Shown here: piece by piece, positions 23,484 through 38,000 of the stretch | Position numbering within the stretch: position 1 is the first letter of the stretch | Layout of the letters: each line of letters starts with the position of its first letter | From: Camelus ferus | Taxonomy: Eukaryota | NCBI RefSeq assembly: GCF_009834535.1 | Contig: NC_045707.1 | Span: 55,182,001-55,246,000 of the forward strand | DNA length: 64,000 nucleotides | Reading direction: 5' to 3' | Position numbers and translations under genes: made by a program | Notes under the pieces: generated by a model | Seen by the model: the letters and a program-made list of their open reading frames with translations, nothing else | What the model was told of the DNA's origin: nothing | Databases searched by the model: none

Positions 23484-25268
23484 TTACTGATTTGCTAAGA
23501 AAGGAGAAAAATGTGAATCACACAAAATCTCCAAAAAGGCAGAAAAAGAATGGAAGGAAAAAACAGGAACAGAGAATAGGGCAACAAATATAAAACAGTT
23601 ACAAATATGGTAAATATTTATTCAACTATATAAATAATCTTGTTGAACTTCACAGATCTAAATGCACCAATTAGAAGACAGAGATTATCAGAGTGGATCA
23701 AAAAACAAGATCCAAATATATGTTGTCTACAAGAAACCTACTTTAAATATAAAGACCTGCATAGGTTAAAAGTAAATGGATGAGAAAGATATAACATGCT
23801 AATATTAATCAAAATAAAGCAGGAATATCTATATTAACTTCAGACAGAGAAGACTTAAAAGAAAGGAAATGTATCATGGATAAAAAAGGGCATGGCATAG
23901 TGATGAAGTGGTCAGTTCTCCAAGAAGGTATAACATTTATGCCTAAATTAAAGCATCAAATTACGTGAGGCAAAAGCTGAGAGAACTTTAAGGGTAAAAA
24001 ATTAATCCTTTATCACAGTTGGAGTGTTCAATACCCTTCTATCAAAAGTGGACAGATTGAACAGGCAGAAAATCAGGAAGGACATAGCTGAGCTCAATAA
24101 CACCATCAATCATCTAAATATAATTGATGTCTATAGACTAATTTATCCAACAAGAGCAGAATACACATTCTTCTCAAACTCATATAGAACAATGCAACAA
24201 GGCAGAGCATATTATAGGCCATAAAAATGAAGAAACAAATTTAAAAGGATAGAAATCATACAATATCTGCTCTTAAACCACAATGGAATTAAAGTAGAAA
24301 TCAATAACAGAAAGGTCACTGGAAAATCCAGAAGTGTGTGGAGATTAAACAACACACTTCTAAATAACACAAGTCAAAGAAGAAATATTAAAGAGACATT
24401 TAAAAATATTTGGACTAAATAAAAATAACACAACTTATACAAGTTTTGGGAATGTGCCAAAAGCAGTGCACAGATGGACATTTTGAGCATTAAATGCATA
24501 TATTAGGAAAAAAGAAAGAGCTAAAATTATAATCTAAACTTAATTTTAGGAAACTAGAAAAAGAGGAACACATTAAATTCAAAGTAAGCAGAAAAGAAGA
24601 CATAAAAAGAAAACAGAAATCAATAAAATTGAAAACAAGAAGCCAACAGAGAAAATCAATGAAACCAAAATGTGATTCATTGAAAAGATCAATACATTGG
24701 CTAGCCTTTAGCCAGGGTAAGTAAAAAAAAAAAAAAAGAGAGAGAGAGAGAGAGAATACAAACATTTCAACTATTGAAATGAAGGAAGGAACATCACTGT
24801 AGATCCCGTGGATGTTAAAAAGATAATAATGGAATGCTACTAACAACTCAATGCCTAAAAATTTGATGACTTAGATGAGATGGGCCAATTCCTTGAAAAG
24901 CACAAGCCACCAAGACTCAGACATAAATAAAGAGATAATCTGATTGGGTCTATGTCTATTAAAGAATCTGAATCAATAACCTCCCCAAATGGAAAGTACC
25001 AGGATCGGATAGGCTCACTGGTGAATTCTACCAAAGATTTAAGGAAAATTTTATAACAATTCTCTACAATCTCTTTCCGAGAATAGATGCAGAGGGACTA
25101 CTTCCAAATGTATTCTGTCTAACTAGTATCACTCTAATAGCAAAACCAGGCAAAGACATTAAAAGAAAAGAAAACTATAGACCAATACCTCTTATAAACA
25201 TAGATGCAAAAATCTTCAACAGAGTTATAGCAAATCATATCTAACAATGTATAAAATGAGTTATATCA

Positions 25269-25569
25269 AAACAGAAATGGATTCACAGACTTAGTAAACA
25301 ATCTTATGGTTACTGGAGAAAGGGGGTGGGAAGGGATAAATTTGGGAGTTTGAGATTTACAAATGTTAGCCACTATATATAAAAATATATTTTTAAAAAT
25401 TTGTTTTGTATAACACAGGGAACTATGTTCAATATCTTGTAATAACCTTTAATGAAAAAAAATATGAGAATGAATATGTGTATGTATATGCCTGACTGGG
25501 ACATTGTGCTGTACACCAGAAATTAATACATTGTAATTGACTATACTTCAATCAAAAAAAAAAAAAAAA
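25269..25569 (+). mobile_element. Young 5'-truncated camelid/artiodactyl L1 3' UTR with poly(A)
   Basis: aaacagaaatggattcacagac...ggaagggataaatttgggagtttgagatt...gctgtacaccagaaatt...gactatacttcaat plus A-tail; TSD-like agttatatca (25259-25268) / agttacatca (25570-25579). Confidence 0.85.
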
Positions 25570-25899
25570 AGTTACATCAGTGGTTTCCAGGAACTGGAGA
25601 GTGGGGAAAGGTGAACAGGCAGAGCGTAGATGACTTCAAGGGCAGTGGCAATGCTCTGTAGGTTACTATAATGACGGATACATGTCATTATACATTTGTA
25701 TAAATTCAAAGAATGTATAACACCAAGAGTGAACCCTAATGTAAACCATGGACTTTGAGTGGTATTGCACTGTATGTTCATCAGTTGTAACAAATGTAGT
25801 ACTCTGGTGTAGTACTCTAGTAATATTGTTATAATAATCTTATCATCCTGAAATAAATCTTACAATAATTTAAATTTTTTTCTTATTAGTTCCTTTTAA

Positions 25900-26760
25900 T
25901 ACTATATAGTTATTTTTGCAATGCAATTATTTATTTCTACATTTTGAGCGCCTGTGTTCACAAGATTGGCCAGCAGTTTGGTTTGTTTGTTGCTTGGTCA
26001 GTTTGTTTGTTGGTACTCTTTCTCTTTTAGGAAAATTTATGTCAAGACGCTATAATCCTTGTAAACTGTGTTGGAAAGGTCCTCACTTTCCAAACCTCTC
26101 TCCTGCAGAATATTTTATGGGACATAAGAATGATCTTTTCCTTAAATGCTTGCTAAAATCTTCTCTAAAACTGCCTTGGCACTGACTCTCTTTATAGTAG
26201 AAAATTTACTATCTTTTTACAATCTACTGCAGTTATTGATCTCTTGAGGTACAATGCTTGTTTCTGAGCCAGTTTTAGAAATGTATATTTTTCCCAGAAA
26301 ATTGACCATTTTGTCTATGTTGTCAAATTTATAGCTATAAAGTTGAACATAGTATTCACTCTTTATACTTATTTATCTCTCTTCCTTAAATCTTTAGTTA
26401 TGTGGTTTTTTTGTTCCCAGTCTTGCTAGTGTATGTGTTCACCCTTTATTTTCTAATCACAATTACCATAGATTTGCTGATTCAATGGTGTCTGTAAAGA
26501 ATAGGCATTTTTAGTTAATGAATTATACAGTTGTTTTTCTAGTTCATTAATTTTGGCTTTATCTATAACAATTACTTTCGTTTAATTTCTTATTGTCTTT
26601 CTTATTTAAAAATAAGAACATATAACACTATATATTTTCCTATGAGCACTCTTTTAGCCCTGTCCCAGTGCTTGCGTGTATGTTTGGTTCTTCTCTATTA
26701 TAATATCAACTGCCTTAAGACATTTGGTTCTTGTTGGATCCATGCTTGTCCTATATTATT
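25900..26760 (-). mobile_element. Ancient L1ME ORF2 fragment
   Basis: ttttcccagaaaattgaccattttgtctatgttgtcaaattt, tttctagttcattaattttggcttta. Confidence 0.55.
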
Positions 26761-28415
26761 TATTTCTTATTATGTTAACTGAATTTTATATCTATTTATA
26801 ACAGTCTTTTTGTGTGAAAGGATATGATGCTGTTGCTGTTTGAAATGAACCAGAGTCGCATCTTCTGGGACAGGAATCCCATTGTTCCTCCCCAGTGTCA
26901 TTAGCCATCTTGGGCATTGCTCTTTCTCTCTAGTGCTTTCTCTCACACTACTCATTGCTTCCAGCTTCTATTTTGTCTCTTTATGTTCCTTCAAATGAAG
27001 GATCCATTTCTTATCTTACATTGCAATTCTATATTGTAAATAGGTCAATTGATAGAGATAGATGAGCTAGAGAGAGATGTGGGTATATGTGTGTATGTGC
27101 ATATATACATAGTCTTGTCAGTGTTTATGTGTAGGTGTCTGTTTCCTTTTAATCAACTATTAAATGCTGATGTTATAGATTTAGTGATAAATTTTGAGAA
27201 TTGAGAAGCTCAATGTACCTAACACATTTAATTTATTTTCTATACTCTGAACCAATTGAATGATAGAAATGGAGGGGTGGTCAATGTATCAAATTTTAGA
27301 ACTTCTAGATTATATACTTTAGGTACACAACTACTATGATTGTATCATTGAATTAAACCAGCTTATCCAACCACTCCAAACAGTCAGTGCTAGAAAACCA
27401 ATGTTTTTTCCTATGGTCTTAATTCAGGACCACTGATCTAAGTAAGATGATTTTAGTAAGAGTTGCTAACTTTTGTTAAATATGCATAATGATTTACATA
27501 TATTTACATATATTACATATGTATTTTTTATAATAACAAATTACATAGAAGTGATTTATTCAAGACGATAGCAAATACATGGTCAAATGTGGATTAGTAT
27601 ACAAAAGCCTCACTCATACCATTGACTTTTTTTGCCCAAATAATAATTTTTTTTCAAATAAGTCAATTTGTTTCAGTAATAATCTAGAATCAATAGTTTC
27701 CTTGTTTGGATTATTGTAACAATTATGAAAAAGAAAGGGAAAGTATGAGGGGAATGTAGAACTCACATGGTGCTGTACAATAAAATGATTTTAAAAATAA
27801 CAAAAAAAGATGAGAAAATGGCAGATGACTCTAAAGTCCTAACCAAAGATTTGGAGAAGACAGTGACATTCTAAAAATAATTTGATAGTCACTATGCATG
27901 ACTCAGTTTGATATCAAACAAAATAAGCATTTGCCGGATCTTCTTACATTACTTAAGTTGTATAAAAATAATGAAATCAGAAGGAAAAAAATAGAACCAA
28001 GAGAGTATGGATTTTCGAGAAGTAGATGTTTAATAGTTAGGAGCCAAAGAATGATCAAAGAAGATTCAAGTTTAAAATCCTGTGACATTTTTAAAGGAGT
28101 TCATTGGTAAGATTTGCTAGAACACATGAGACATCAAAAGACTGCAAGGAATTAAGAGTCTTTGTGTGAAAAGTAGACAGTACCTTCCTGTTTCTCTTCC
28201 AAATATATGTAACAGAGGATATACTTTGGGTTATTTTACTTTCAGGGGCAATACACTTTGTTGAGCCAAGTATGTTTTCTTCATGATTAGAATTCATATT
28301 TACTGATGGCATGTGTTTTGTAAGGTAATTCAATATGATGAATATCAATCAATAATCTAGCTTGTCCTGGAATTGATTTTATAATCTCTTGACTAAGATA
28401 TAGCTAAGAGAGCTG

Positions 28416-28555
28416 CTCTTTTTCTCTTCCTTCCTTCCTCCCTTCCTTCCTTCCTTTCTTCTTTCTTCTTCCTTTCTTCTTTCTTCTTCCTTCCTTCCTT
28501 TCTTTCTTTCTTTTTTCTTTCTTTCTTCTTTTGAAACTATATATATATATATAAT
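28416..28555. repeat. (TTCC)n/(TTTC)n polypyrimidine microsatellite followed by (TA)n
   Basis: Seen directly. Confidence 0.95.
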
Positions 28556-28679
28556 TTATTAGAAAAAAACACTCTTATGAATAATCTGATTCTTCCAAGA
28601 CTGATTTGTGACAGTTGGTGTGACAGTAAATTTTCATTACAAACATCTCAGGTGAAATAAAGGTGTGTATTTCAGGAGA

Positions 28680-29050
28680 AGGATCATCAGGCTACTAGAG
28701 TCCACTTTCCTGATGACTTCTGAAAGCCAGATACTTTTTTTCTCTCTGGATCTACCCTTAACTAATGACTAACAGGCATGTGACAGTTGTAAGAAAGATC
28801 CAGCTATTTGCCTTAGGTCAGTTCAACTCAGAGGCAAAATTTACACTCCAGAATTCTTCTGTAGGACCAAGTCTATGATAATTTCTGCATGGTTTAGCTT
28901 GAAATCTCATCCTTGTTTGGCTTCCTCCTATGTTCTGTTCCATTTCCTACATTTCCCTTATTGGTTTCCCCTCATAGAACTTTATCAATTTATCATTTGC
29001 AAACTTATCCTCAACTCTGGAGTCTGCTTCTGGGGAGACTGTCCTAAGAA
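28680..29050 (+). mobile_element. Ancient ERVL-class LTR
   Basis: 3' end tcctcaactctggagtctgcttctggggagactgtcctaaga. Confidence 0.55.
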
Positions 29051-30314
29051 AGTGCTTCATGAGATTTCTGGGCACTTGATTTATAGCATATAAAGGATGC
29101 TGTGATTAATTATCCCAAGTATGTATCAGTCCAACTGAAATATCCTTAAGAGCTAGAATAATCTCCATAATACTATCCATTTATTTAAAAATTTTATTGA
29201 GCACCTATATGTATAAGGTCTTGTGGAATCACCAAAGCAAATGTCATATCCTAAATTAAGAAGCAAGACTATGGAAGAGGTTTTCAAAGGGTTCTAATTT
29301 TTTTTAATGCTTTTTCACTTTCACTCACATTGTAAAGTCTGAAAGTACCTGGAGTTGGAGGCTAGAATAGGACTTACCGACAAAGCTAGAGTTTACTCTA
29401 AGTTCCACTTCTACCACCAGAGGATGGGGGAAATAAAGCTTTCAGAAAACTCAGTCATCTTGATTAATGCCTGTAAAGAGTGCACTGGCCTTTGAGTCCT
29501 ATAGAGATATCTAAAGCGATAGTGATGATATCACTAGCAGCTTGGACACACACACAAGTGGTAGAAATAGAGCTGCTTTGGGTGACGTACCCTCCCAGAG
29601 CTTGTTGGGATAAAGCACCTGTTTTTACCAAGGACCTGATGTGTGCCATGCCCCGAATGAGTTAGCATGGTTTTGTCTTGGACACTATCCAAGAAAACTA
29701 TCTTGAGGTGTAAAATGACTTCAGATACTACTATGAACTTTATAGTGGAGCCAAGATCAAATGACTAAAATGTGCAGAGATGTTTTTCCCTGATCAAGGC
29801 ATTTATAGATAACTGACTGCCAGCCCTGAGTGATGGGCAACATCCATAGAGTATTTTAAAAGAGAAAATCAAATTAAAATATTTTCAAGTCTGTGAGTTG
29901 AGTTTTAACTTTCCTCTACTCCTACATTTTCTCTTTCTCTATACTCCAACCCTGCAAAGATTAGAAACTTTTATTATTATGATAAGAAAGGGCAGACTAC
30001 CCAGTTTTTATGACTCCAGAAGACATCACTCCCATTAAACAAAATGTAGATGCTGTCTCAGGACGTATGCAGCATGGCAGCTCTGGATAAGAGACATAGA
30101 AGTGTTGTCCAGGAAAAGAGAAAAGTGAACCAGTCGTCTTTCTGGATAGACTTGAATGGGGTAGGGTCAGGTAATAGTTTTGAATTTAAGACTGAAAATT
30201 TGGCAAACACACCTGACTAAACTTTCAAATGACTGACCAGAGACTGCGTTTTATGCTTCGGAGTCACCAGATACTTTCTGTTACCTAAGTGTTGCCGTAA
30301 GAGTCATGGGTTTT

Positions 30315-30862
30315 AGCAGACAACTTCCAGGAGGGTGCACAATGATCTTGCTTACTGATACTCATCCCCTTGTAGAGTCTTCTCCCTTTGAGTGTGAACT
30401 AGGTCCAGCGACTTGTTTCTAATGAACAGAATATGGCAAAAGGGATGTAAGATTAGGTTCCCAAAGACAGTGAGTTCTGTTTGCTGGCATTTATTTCCCC
30501 CTAACCTCACACATGTTTACTCTGATGAGGCCAGCTACTGTGTTAAGATCTGTTGTATGGAGAGGCCCACAGAGCAATTAAGTGAGGGAAGCCTAAATTC
30601 AACAGCCTGTGAAAAACTAAATCCCGTTAACCTAACAATGAGTAGAATGAGCTTAGAAATGTAAATATGGTCAAGTTTACAGATAAGATCACAGCTCTGC
30701 CAAACACCGTGATTGCAGTTCTGTGAAAGAAGACGCAGAGCCTGAAGGCCCAGCTAAGCCATGTCTGGGTTCCTGAGGCACAGAAGTGGTGAAAGAATAA
30801 ATGTTATTTTAAGCCACTGAGTTTGGGGGCAACTTGTTCCAAAGCAATAGATAACTAAACAT
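30315..30862 (+). mobile_element. MaLR LTR (MLT1E/F-like)
   Basis: ccctttgagtgtgaactagg...cccagctaagcc...ttttaagccactgagtttgggg...gcaatagataactaaaca. Confidence 0.85.
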
Positions 30863-31829
30863 GACCCCTGCGTTGGTTTTCAGCCACAGGGTTGGCAGGA
30901 TATAACCCCAGCAACTAAATGCAAAAAACAGTGAGACGCAAAGATTTAAAAGTTTTGTCTTCTGTTTATACTCCAGAGGACATGCTCTAATAAATGTAAT
31001 CATTGCAAAGTCTGAATAAAACATGTTATCTGATTTCAGCAGTTTACAGTCTCAAAAGGGAGATTTGCACCAAAGCAGGATGTTGTGAGGAATAGCTAAA
31101 CATGTATGTACTGTGGAATACGAAGCCCCTATTTTTTGAATTCATAAAATCCTAGAAAGCTTTGAGTTTTCTTCATCACCCAGAGCTCAGAACTCATACT
31201 AACAACCCATTGTCTCCATTTAACAGTTATCTCAGTACTCTACAGCTATTACCTCTATTTCACTGTGCTTTCACATATATAAAGTTCACACACACAGACG
31301 CATGCGTGCTTGCACATATGCATGCACACCCACCCTCCAGGAGGGATTTACATTTAGAAGACTACATTGATGATTGCAATGGCAGTAGGAAGAACAGAAT
31401 ATGTATTTGTGTCCAAACAATATACATTGATTCAAGTAGAACTTTAAAGAGCAACAATTACAGTTACTACTTCCCTCCAATGATAAATTTCTGTAAGTTA
31501 TTTCACTGTGTAGGGGCCTTGATCCCACATCATCTCAGCGTTTAGTTATCCAGGCAGCACCTTCTCCCTTGTAATTATTTGTCCCTTCTTTCTTATGAAC
31601 AAAAATAACTTTCTCTAATTTTCCACATAACACACTTGGTCCCTTCAGTTTCTGAGGCCCTTAGCTAATAGCTGTAACACTAAAGGTCAACTTTCCTACC
31701 CTAGTTACTCATTAAAATATTTTCTTATAAAAGCAGGAAGGTTTTGAATGAAAATGAGTTCTGTTTCAAGCTGCTACTTTTCACCTGGGACAGGAGTTTG
31801 ACAGTGACCTTGTTTAGATAGGAGCTATG

Positions 31830-32193
31830 GACACTGAGGGGTGCTCCCCATGTATCGACTTCTTTTTAGAACAGAAGCAGTCACTCCCCCTAGCTGCTTA
31901 GAGGGTGACAGCTGAACCTGACAGAATGCCCTACACTGAACAGCGACCAAATTTGGAACATTTCTTCTGGGGAAAGTCGGTGCCGATGAATGGCCAATAT
32001 ATTGGGGCATAAAGATCTTGATTCCTTGCCACAATATTCTCCCTTTTTCTAATCCTGCTTCCTTCACTACCCACTTTATGTTGATCATTCTTAACAAATT
32101 TCTGCATACAAACTCTATGTGCAGAACTTGTGTGTTGATCACTGTCAGTAAATCTTTGCTTTAGTCTTTTATTCCCAGGGAACCTAACCGACA
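31830..32193 (+). mobile_element. Ancient ERVL-class LTR (LTR16/33-like)
   Basis: Ends ...tcccagggaacctaaccgaca. Confidence 0.5.
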
Positions 32194-32509
32194 AATATTG
32201 GCAACATATGAGTAGCAGCCTTCAGGAGGATGTTAATGAGATGGATTTTAGATATGTTGGATTCTGTGTACTGCTAGATATCCGGTGTAAATTGTTCACT
32301 AGGTAGCAGAGAAAACAAATAGGAGAGAAAGCAAAGTTGAACATGTAGATGTTGGAGTAATCAATATACTGGATATATTTTAAATTCACATGAGTTAACT
32401 CTTTTTATTGAAAAGTGCTTGCCTTTGGTTTCGAGGAAAACAAATGGTTTTTTGTCAGGATTTTTTTCTTTGAATTCACCAATTAATCTTCACCTGCTTA
32501 TTAAACAGT

Positions 32510-33400
32510 CTAATTAATTCATCTATTAAATAACTGATTTATTAAACTTATATTAACTGAATTCCTAATGTACCAAAGAAGGTCTAAGGTATGTTGTTGT
32601 GAACAAGATAGAAAATTTTCCAGCTAATGATTAAAAGGAGGCAGACATTAATAATGTGACAATAATAATCCCAGCAAAGATTGTGATATGTGAATTTATG
32701 CGATGTGTTTAGCATTACAAATGAGACCAGTGTAGTTGGAAAGTAGTAAGTGAAACAGGAGAATGTACAGAGATGAGTTATAGAGCTTGACAAGTGTCAT
32801 TAATTACAAGCTTTTAGACCATGCTTCAAATTTATGCTTTATTTTAGTGACAGTAGGAAGAAGTTGGAGATCTCATACAACAGATAAATTAATTCATTTA
32901 TTATTTAAACCTGTTAAGTACGTGTTCTGTGCTAGTTTATATTTTTAGGTGTTGGGGTAACAGTGGTGCACAGAACAATGGTACTTACTTGTCCTGTATC
33001 TACATTCTAATGATGCAAGAAGTTAACAACAGAAAAATAAATAATAGACAAGAATAATAGAGAAGAAAATAGACAATAAATAATTTTAATAAAATATCAG
33101 GTAGTGATAAAACTCATGCAAAAAATAATAAAACAGCATAACAGAATAGAGAATGACAAAGGATGTTAATTTAGAATGAGTGATCAAGGAAGACTTTTTC
33201 AGCACAGACCCTAATAAAGCATCAGAACAAAATATGACAATAGTTTTATTTATTACAATCATATTTACACTTCAGATTATTGTGTTAGCTGCAAAAAATT
33301 CATTGAGACATAGACTTGAGAGTCACAAGCAAATAGATGACTTTTAGAACAACTGATATTAGATAAGTCCTCTTTAGAAGAGAGTGTAGAAAGAAAACAG
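32510..33400 (-). mobile_element. L2 fragments (two 3' ends)
   Basis: tttattaaacttat...atgtacca, attcatttattattt...ttacattctaatg, gtgatcaaggaagact. Confidence 0.6.
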
Positions 33401-34866
33401 ATAAAAGAAGAAGCAATGGGACTTCAATAAGAGACTTTCAGGTGAGAGGAAATAGAAAGTCCAACTGGAATTGGTTAAAAACAGTATAAAGTGGTGAAAA
33501 GTATGAGTCGAAAAGCATGAATGACAGTTTTGAGAAATTCTCCTGGGAGTGGAAAAAGATGTGATAGTATCTTGGGTTGGACAGGCACATGGGATCAAAG
33601 GGGTCTTTTGGTGATTCTATTATGCATTTTGTTTACTAGTGAAATATATTCTTAATGATGCAGAATTTGGTGATGTGGTGAAGAGCAGAAATAATTTTAT
33701 GAGGAAAATTCTTAATTATGGGGGAGAGAGTATGAGCCAAAGGCAGAGGAAATGGATGTGTGTGTTTTGTCTTCTTAGGATTATAAACACTCCTGTGCAG
33801 AATTCATACATTTCTACACATTGACTATTATTTTATTCATCAGATTCTGTGTTACACCTACTAAGTTTACATACACATAGTAGTAGGAGAAATAAAAACC
33901 AAATGAAGATGGAATTTTATGTTACCATTTTATTGGGACTTTTAAAACCTTGCATTACAGAATATAAAGAGATTTGATACCTTTTCTTTAAAGAGAGTGA
34001 GAATAGAGTACATGTAATGATGTTTTCTGTTTGCTTAAAGTAACATTCAAATATATGATTTCACACTAAGTCACTTCCATAAGTTACATCTTTGGTAGAT
34101 AACAATTCCTGATTGGTTAATTTCTTTGGCCACTTCTATCCCTTCCCATTTCCTTTTTGAAGACCGTTATAAAGAGGAGTTCTTTCCACTCGGAACTAAA
34201 GGCAATTTAAAATATATTTTCAAAAGGGTTTCTTATTTTTATGGAAGTTATTTTTAAAATACCTTTTCTCTATATACCACTCACCCAAGCATTATATTTT
34301 TAAGTTGGAAATAGCTTATTACTTTATTTCTTGATTCAATACATCAAAATCTTTGTTTTATGTGAGCATTTGAGATATTCCTCATCCAAATATCAAATAC
34401 TTTAGTTAGAACTTACTATTCTTTGGTGAGATAAATGTCTTCAAATAGTAAAAAACTGCAGAACACACAGACATTAAAAAAATCAAGCATGACTTAAAAA
34501 AAGTTGTTGATGTGTTTACTTAATTATTAACATCTCCATCATTTTATATTTACAAATGTAAGTGTATCATCAGAACTGTTGTGTTTCTAATCATAGTTTC
34601 CTGGTGCTTTTAAAGAGTCACAGGAGAATACACAAGGCACAGTGATAAATATCTGTTGCAGAAGAGACAATCTTCTCTTTACTGAAATCTAGAAATGTCT
34701 TGCTTCTCTTAGATCATCAACACTGTGCATCATTAATTTGTAATACATTTTTCAGTTTCAAAAGAGAACTAAAAAACTGATATATTCTCAAACTTAGGAG
34801 GGATTCTTGTATTTTCACCACAAAATTCATTGTGAAAAATATGTAATTTTTAAAAAGTTCCCTTTT

Positions 34867-35014
34867 TAATTAGCTTTTTTTAACTAAGGAAAATAATTAC
34901 AAAAAAATTTTTAACTGCTCATTATAAGAGAATATAAATTTAATTAGCTTTTTTTAACTAAGGAAAATAATTACCAAAAAATTTTTAACTGCTCATTATA
35001 AGAGAATATAAATT
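34867..35014. repeat. 74-bp tandem duplication, 73/74 identical
   Basis: taattagcttttttt...gagaatataaatt at 34867-34940 and 34941-35014. Confidence 0.95.
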
Positions 35015-38000
35015 GCAATAGGTTATAACAATTCAGGTTTATAGTAATAGTTTGTTAACAGTAAGTTCTGACACAAGAGTATGTGCATTTAAACACTTTT
35101 AATATGTAAATCATGCTGTCCAAATTCATTGGTAGTGAAATGTCAGACAAACTGTGATATTGTACAATAGAATTTAATAAGCAATGCTTTATAGCAGAAA
35201 TACCCACACTCTAAACAAACAAACAAAAAATGTATTCAATATGTCAGGTGGTGTTTCAAACGTACAGGGTATTTAAGGACTTAGTATGCGTTAGAGAAAA
35301 CTGTATGGCTGCTTCACGGTATCGGCTAGAGAGAATTAAATTTTAGACTTAATGTTAAATGTTACCTACATGCCAAGAAAAAAAAGTGTTTCTGTCTTCA
35401 TTTACTTTGTGTGGATATGTGTCAGGGACTATTCAAGTCACTGGAAATATAAAAGCAGTCATTTCTACCCTCTTGTCTTATTTTGTCTTCAAGCTATTCT
35501 GTGAGATATTAATATCTTCTATTACAGTGGATCACAAAACTGAGAATAATGAAGATATTGTTGAGTTGTAAAATCACCATTATAATCCATGCCTCTCTGA
35601 AGCAATGGACATTTTGAGGACAACACCAGTTTGCTATATTTATTAATAGAAAAAGGATAATAAATTCAGCCTTCCAAACTTAGTTCCACACTACTATCTG
35701 TTTAAGATAAAGTTAATGAAAATAGTGTAATAGTTTTTCCATTCACATTCATTGCTTTGTCTGTGATGAATGTTGATTAAATTACATCCCATAGAAACAA
35801 GGGTCCATTTTTCATTATGAATGAATCACAGTTTTAAATATTTATTTTCTCTAAGTAAGGAAGGGCTTAAGTTGTTCAAATTAAAATCAGTAAGAGTGTG
35901 ACTTTTAAAAGATGGTATTATGCCAAATTACATCAGGCAAGGACTATTATAAAGATAATCACTTATGATTGATAAACCTGATAGGATTGAAGAGATAACA
36001 GAGTTACATAATTTAAAATACATATGCTTAAACTGTGTGAACTCATAATTATAAACAAAGAACATAAAAGTTTTGTACTTTTGGCTCGTATTTCCATGTT
36101 ATTATTCTGTATTATACATTTTATTTGAAAGATGATTTGCGTTCAGTTTTGCAATTGCATACGTGACAATTAAGAGAAGTTTCTGGGCAGTTAGGCTCAA
36201 AGATCAGCTTCCATTATTTGGTTCCAACTTATCCAGTCTTAAACTTATCTTGTTGACATCAATCTTTTCCTTTATTATGAAACTTTGCTCCTTTCTCTGA
36301 GAGGTTAACTTCTTACCTCATATAGAAGAGGCTAAAGCACTATCTAACAATTTCATTCTTGTTCCTATAAGATATTGTGAAAATCCATTAAATAAAACTA
36401 TCCAAGAAACCATTATTTAATGTTCACTTTAACTTAAATAATAATAGAATTTTATATAACATTTAACCATAGAAATAGTGTGCAGCACTAAATATTGTAT
36501 ATAAAACTCATTTTCCCCTCACATATTTTCTCACTGATAGCCACACTGCATTTTTGGTAGCATTATTCTCCCAGTGATCTAGAATTGAATCACTTGATCT
36601 ACAATTTCACTTTTCATATTTTCCATATCTACTAAAACTTATAGTCCATGTTATTTTCTTTCCATCCCACAATCATTGTGTCTTTAGAAGTTTTGCTGTT
36701 CATATCCTATGATGTTCTATGATACATTTATTGACTTCCTTTTACCTATTTTTTTATCTGGAAGAAATGTAGTCAAATTACATGCTTGTGGAATGGGGGA
36801 GTTGATAGGACTTGTTTGTTTTGTTTGTTGGTTGATTGGTTGGTTGGTTTTGGTGTCCCTCAACTTGCCCGTAGGTGAGGTTGAAGCCCTTCTCAGACCT
36901 ACTCATGGGAGCAGGGTGACCTGCAGTGCACTTTCTAAGGTGTCTGTTGTACCCTGTCTCCCTTCCCAACTGCCCGAGCCTCAAACACTGAAAGGTAGGC
37001 CAAGTGAGTTTGTACAGTCCTGACCATATCTTTCAATCCAGACTTTTCCTGCCTCTTACCTTTCTACAGGAATTTATTGTTAAACTGTACCTTTCTCAGG
37101 ATGCAATGCAGTATCACTAAACACTTAATGTTTTCTGCCATACTAGTCTGTAGGAGTTGCATTTTCTGAAAAGATGTAAAAGTGGTGTTGGGGAGTTAAG
37201 AGTAGAAAACAGTCACCTGGAACAGACACTTACTTTCAAAAGGTTAGTGACAGGAAAGTGGAGAGAGAGTTTCCAAGGTTTCTGTTTGATACCACTGTAT
37301 TTCTCGGAAGCAGGGGCAAATGGTAGAAAACAGCACATGGCCCCACATGCTTTTAGTCATGCAGGGCTGCACTTGTTCCATGAGAGGATGGAAAGTCCTG
37401 CAACTGACGGTGTTGATAAGTGTGATTTATATTCAGTTGATGTTTATCCCAATTGCTGGCATTTTTTAAATTGGCCTTAGGTTTAGTACTTTTAATGAGT
37501 TTTCATGTGTTTCTTGCTTTGGGAATAGTTTAAAGGAAAGTAGAAAGAAAGTGACTCCACTTTAATCCAGAAGTTGTCCCCAACTTTCTTTTTTTATAAT
37601 GTAAATATTGAAAGGGTTTATTTTATTTTTCTTTTGAAGAATCCATGAAGTAGTTGGTTTAGTCATTGTGCCATCTGTTTTTTTTTTTTCCCCTTTTATT
37701 TTTAGGAGGAACGTGTTTTGAAATTTTAGTTTAATTAGGAGAGAAACAGAACAACATAAAAAGCAGATGAACATGAACGTGTAGAGCACTCAGTGTTTGC
37801 TTTCTTTTGAATCTTTAAACATCAGTTAATATTACTTTTCTTTTTTCGCATGAATGCTGCCATCAGTTGCCAATAAGTATTTGGGGACAACTTTGAAAGC
37901 TTGATAAAAAACAGGCCCAGATGGGCAAACATTTTCCTTACCTTTTCATCCTGGTTATTTTGACCAAGTTTTTTCATATGCATTATAATGAAAAATATGT

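Larger units (their letters stand above)
21388..25810 (+). mobile_element. Old L1 (L1MC1/MD-like) with 5' UTR, ORF1, EN and start of RT, internal deletion, and part of the 3' UTR
   Basis: ORF1 remnants (LELSDWGFKTTMVKML; QPRNLYPAKLAF), EN (RQRLSEWIKKQDPNICCLQET; FNTLLSKVDR...EYTFFS), RT start (ENYRPIPLINIDAKIFN). 3' UTR gatacatgtcattatacatttgt...gtgaaccctaatgtaaac at 25580-25810. Many stops and frameshifts. Confidence 0.9.

Noticed and set aside
24024..24224. ORF with a recognisable protein motif
   Set aside because: L1 endonuclease remnant, not a host gene
29380..30300. GC-richer stretch with ORFs on both strands
   Set aside because: No recognisable protein; more likely an ancient LTR relic, family not assignable
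36700..37480. Two ORFs over 100 aa and a polypyrimidine-AG acceptor near 37068
   Set aside because: No recognisable domain and no matching donor or frame; at most a non-coding element
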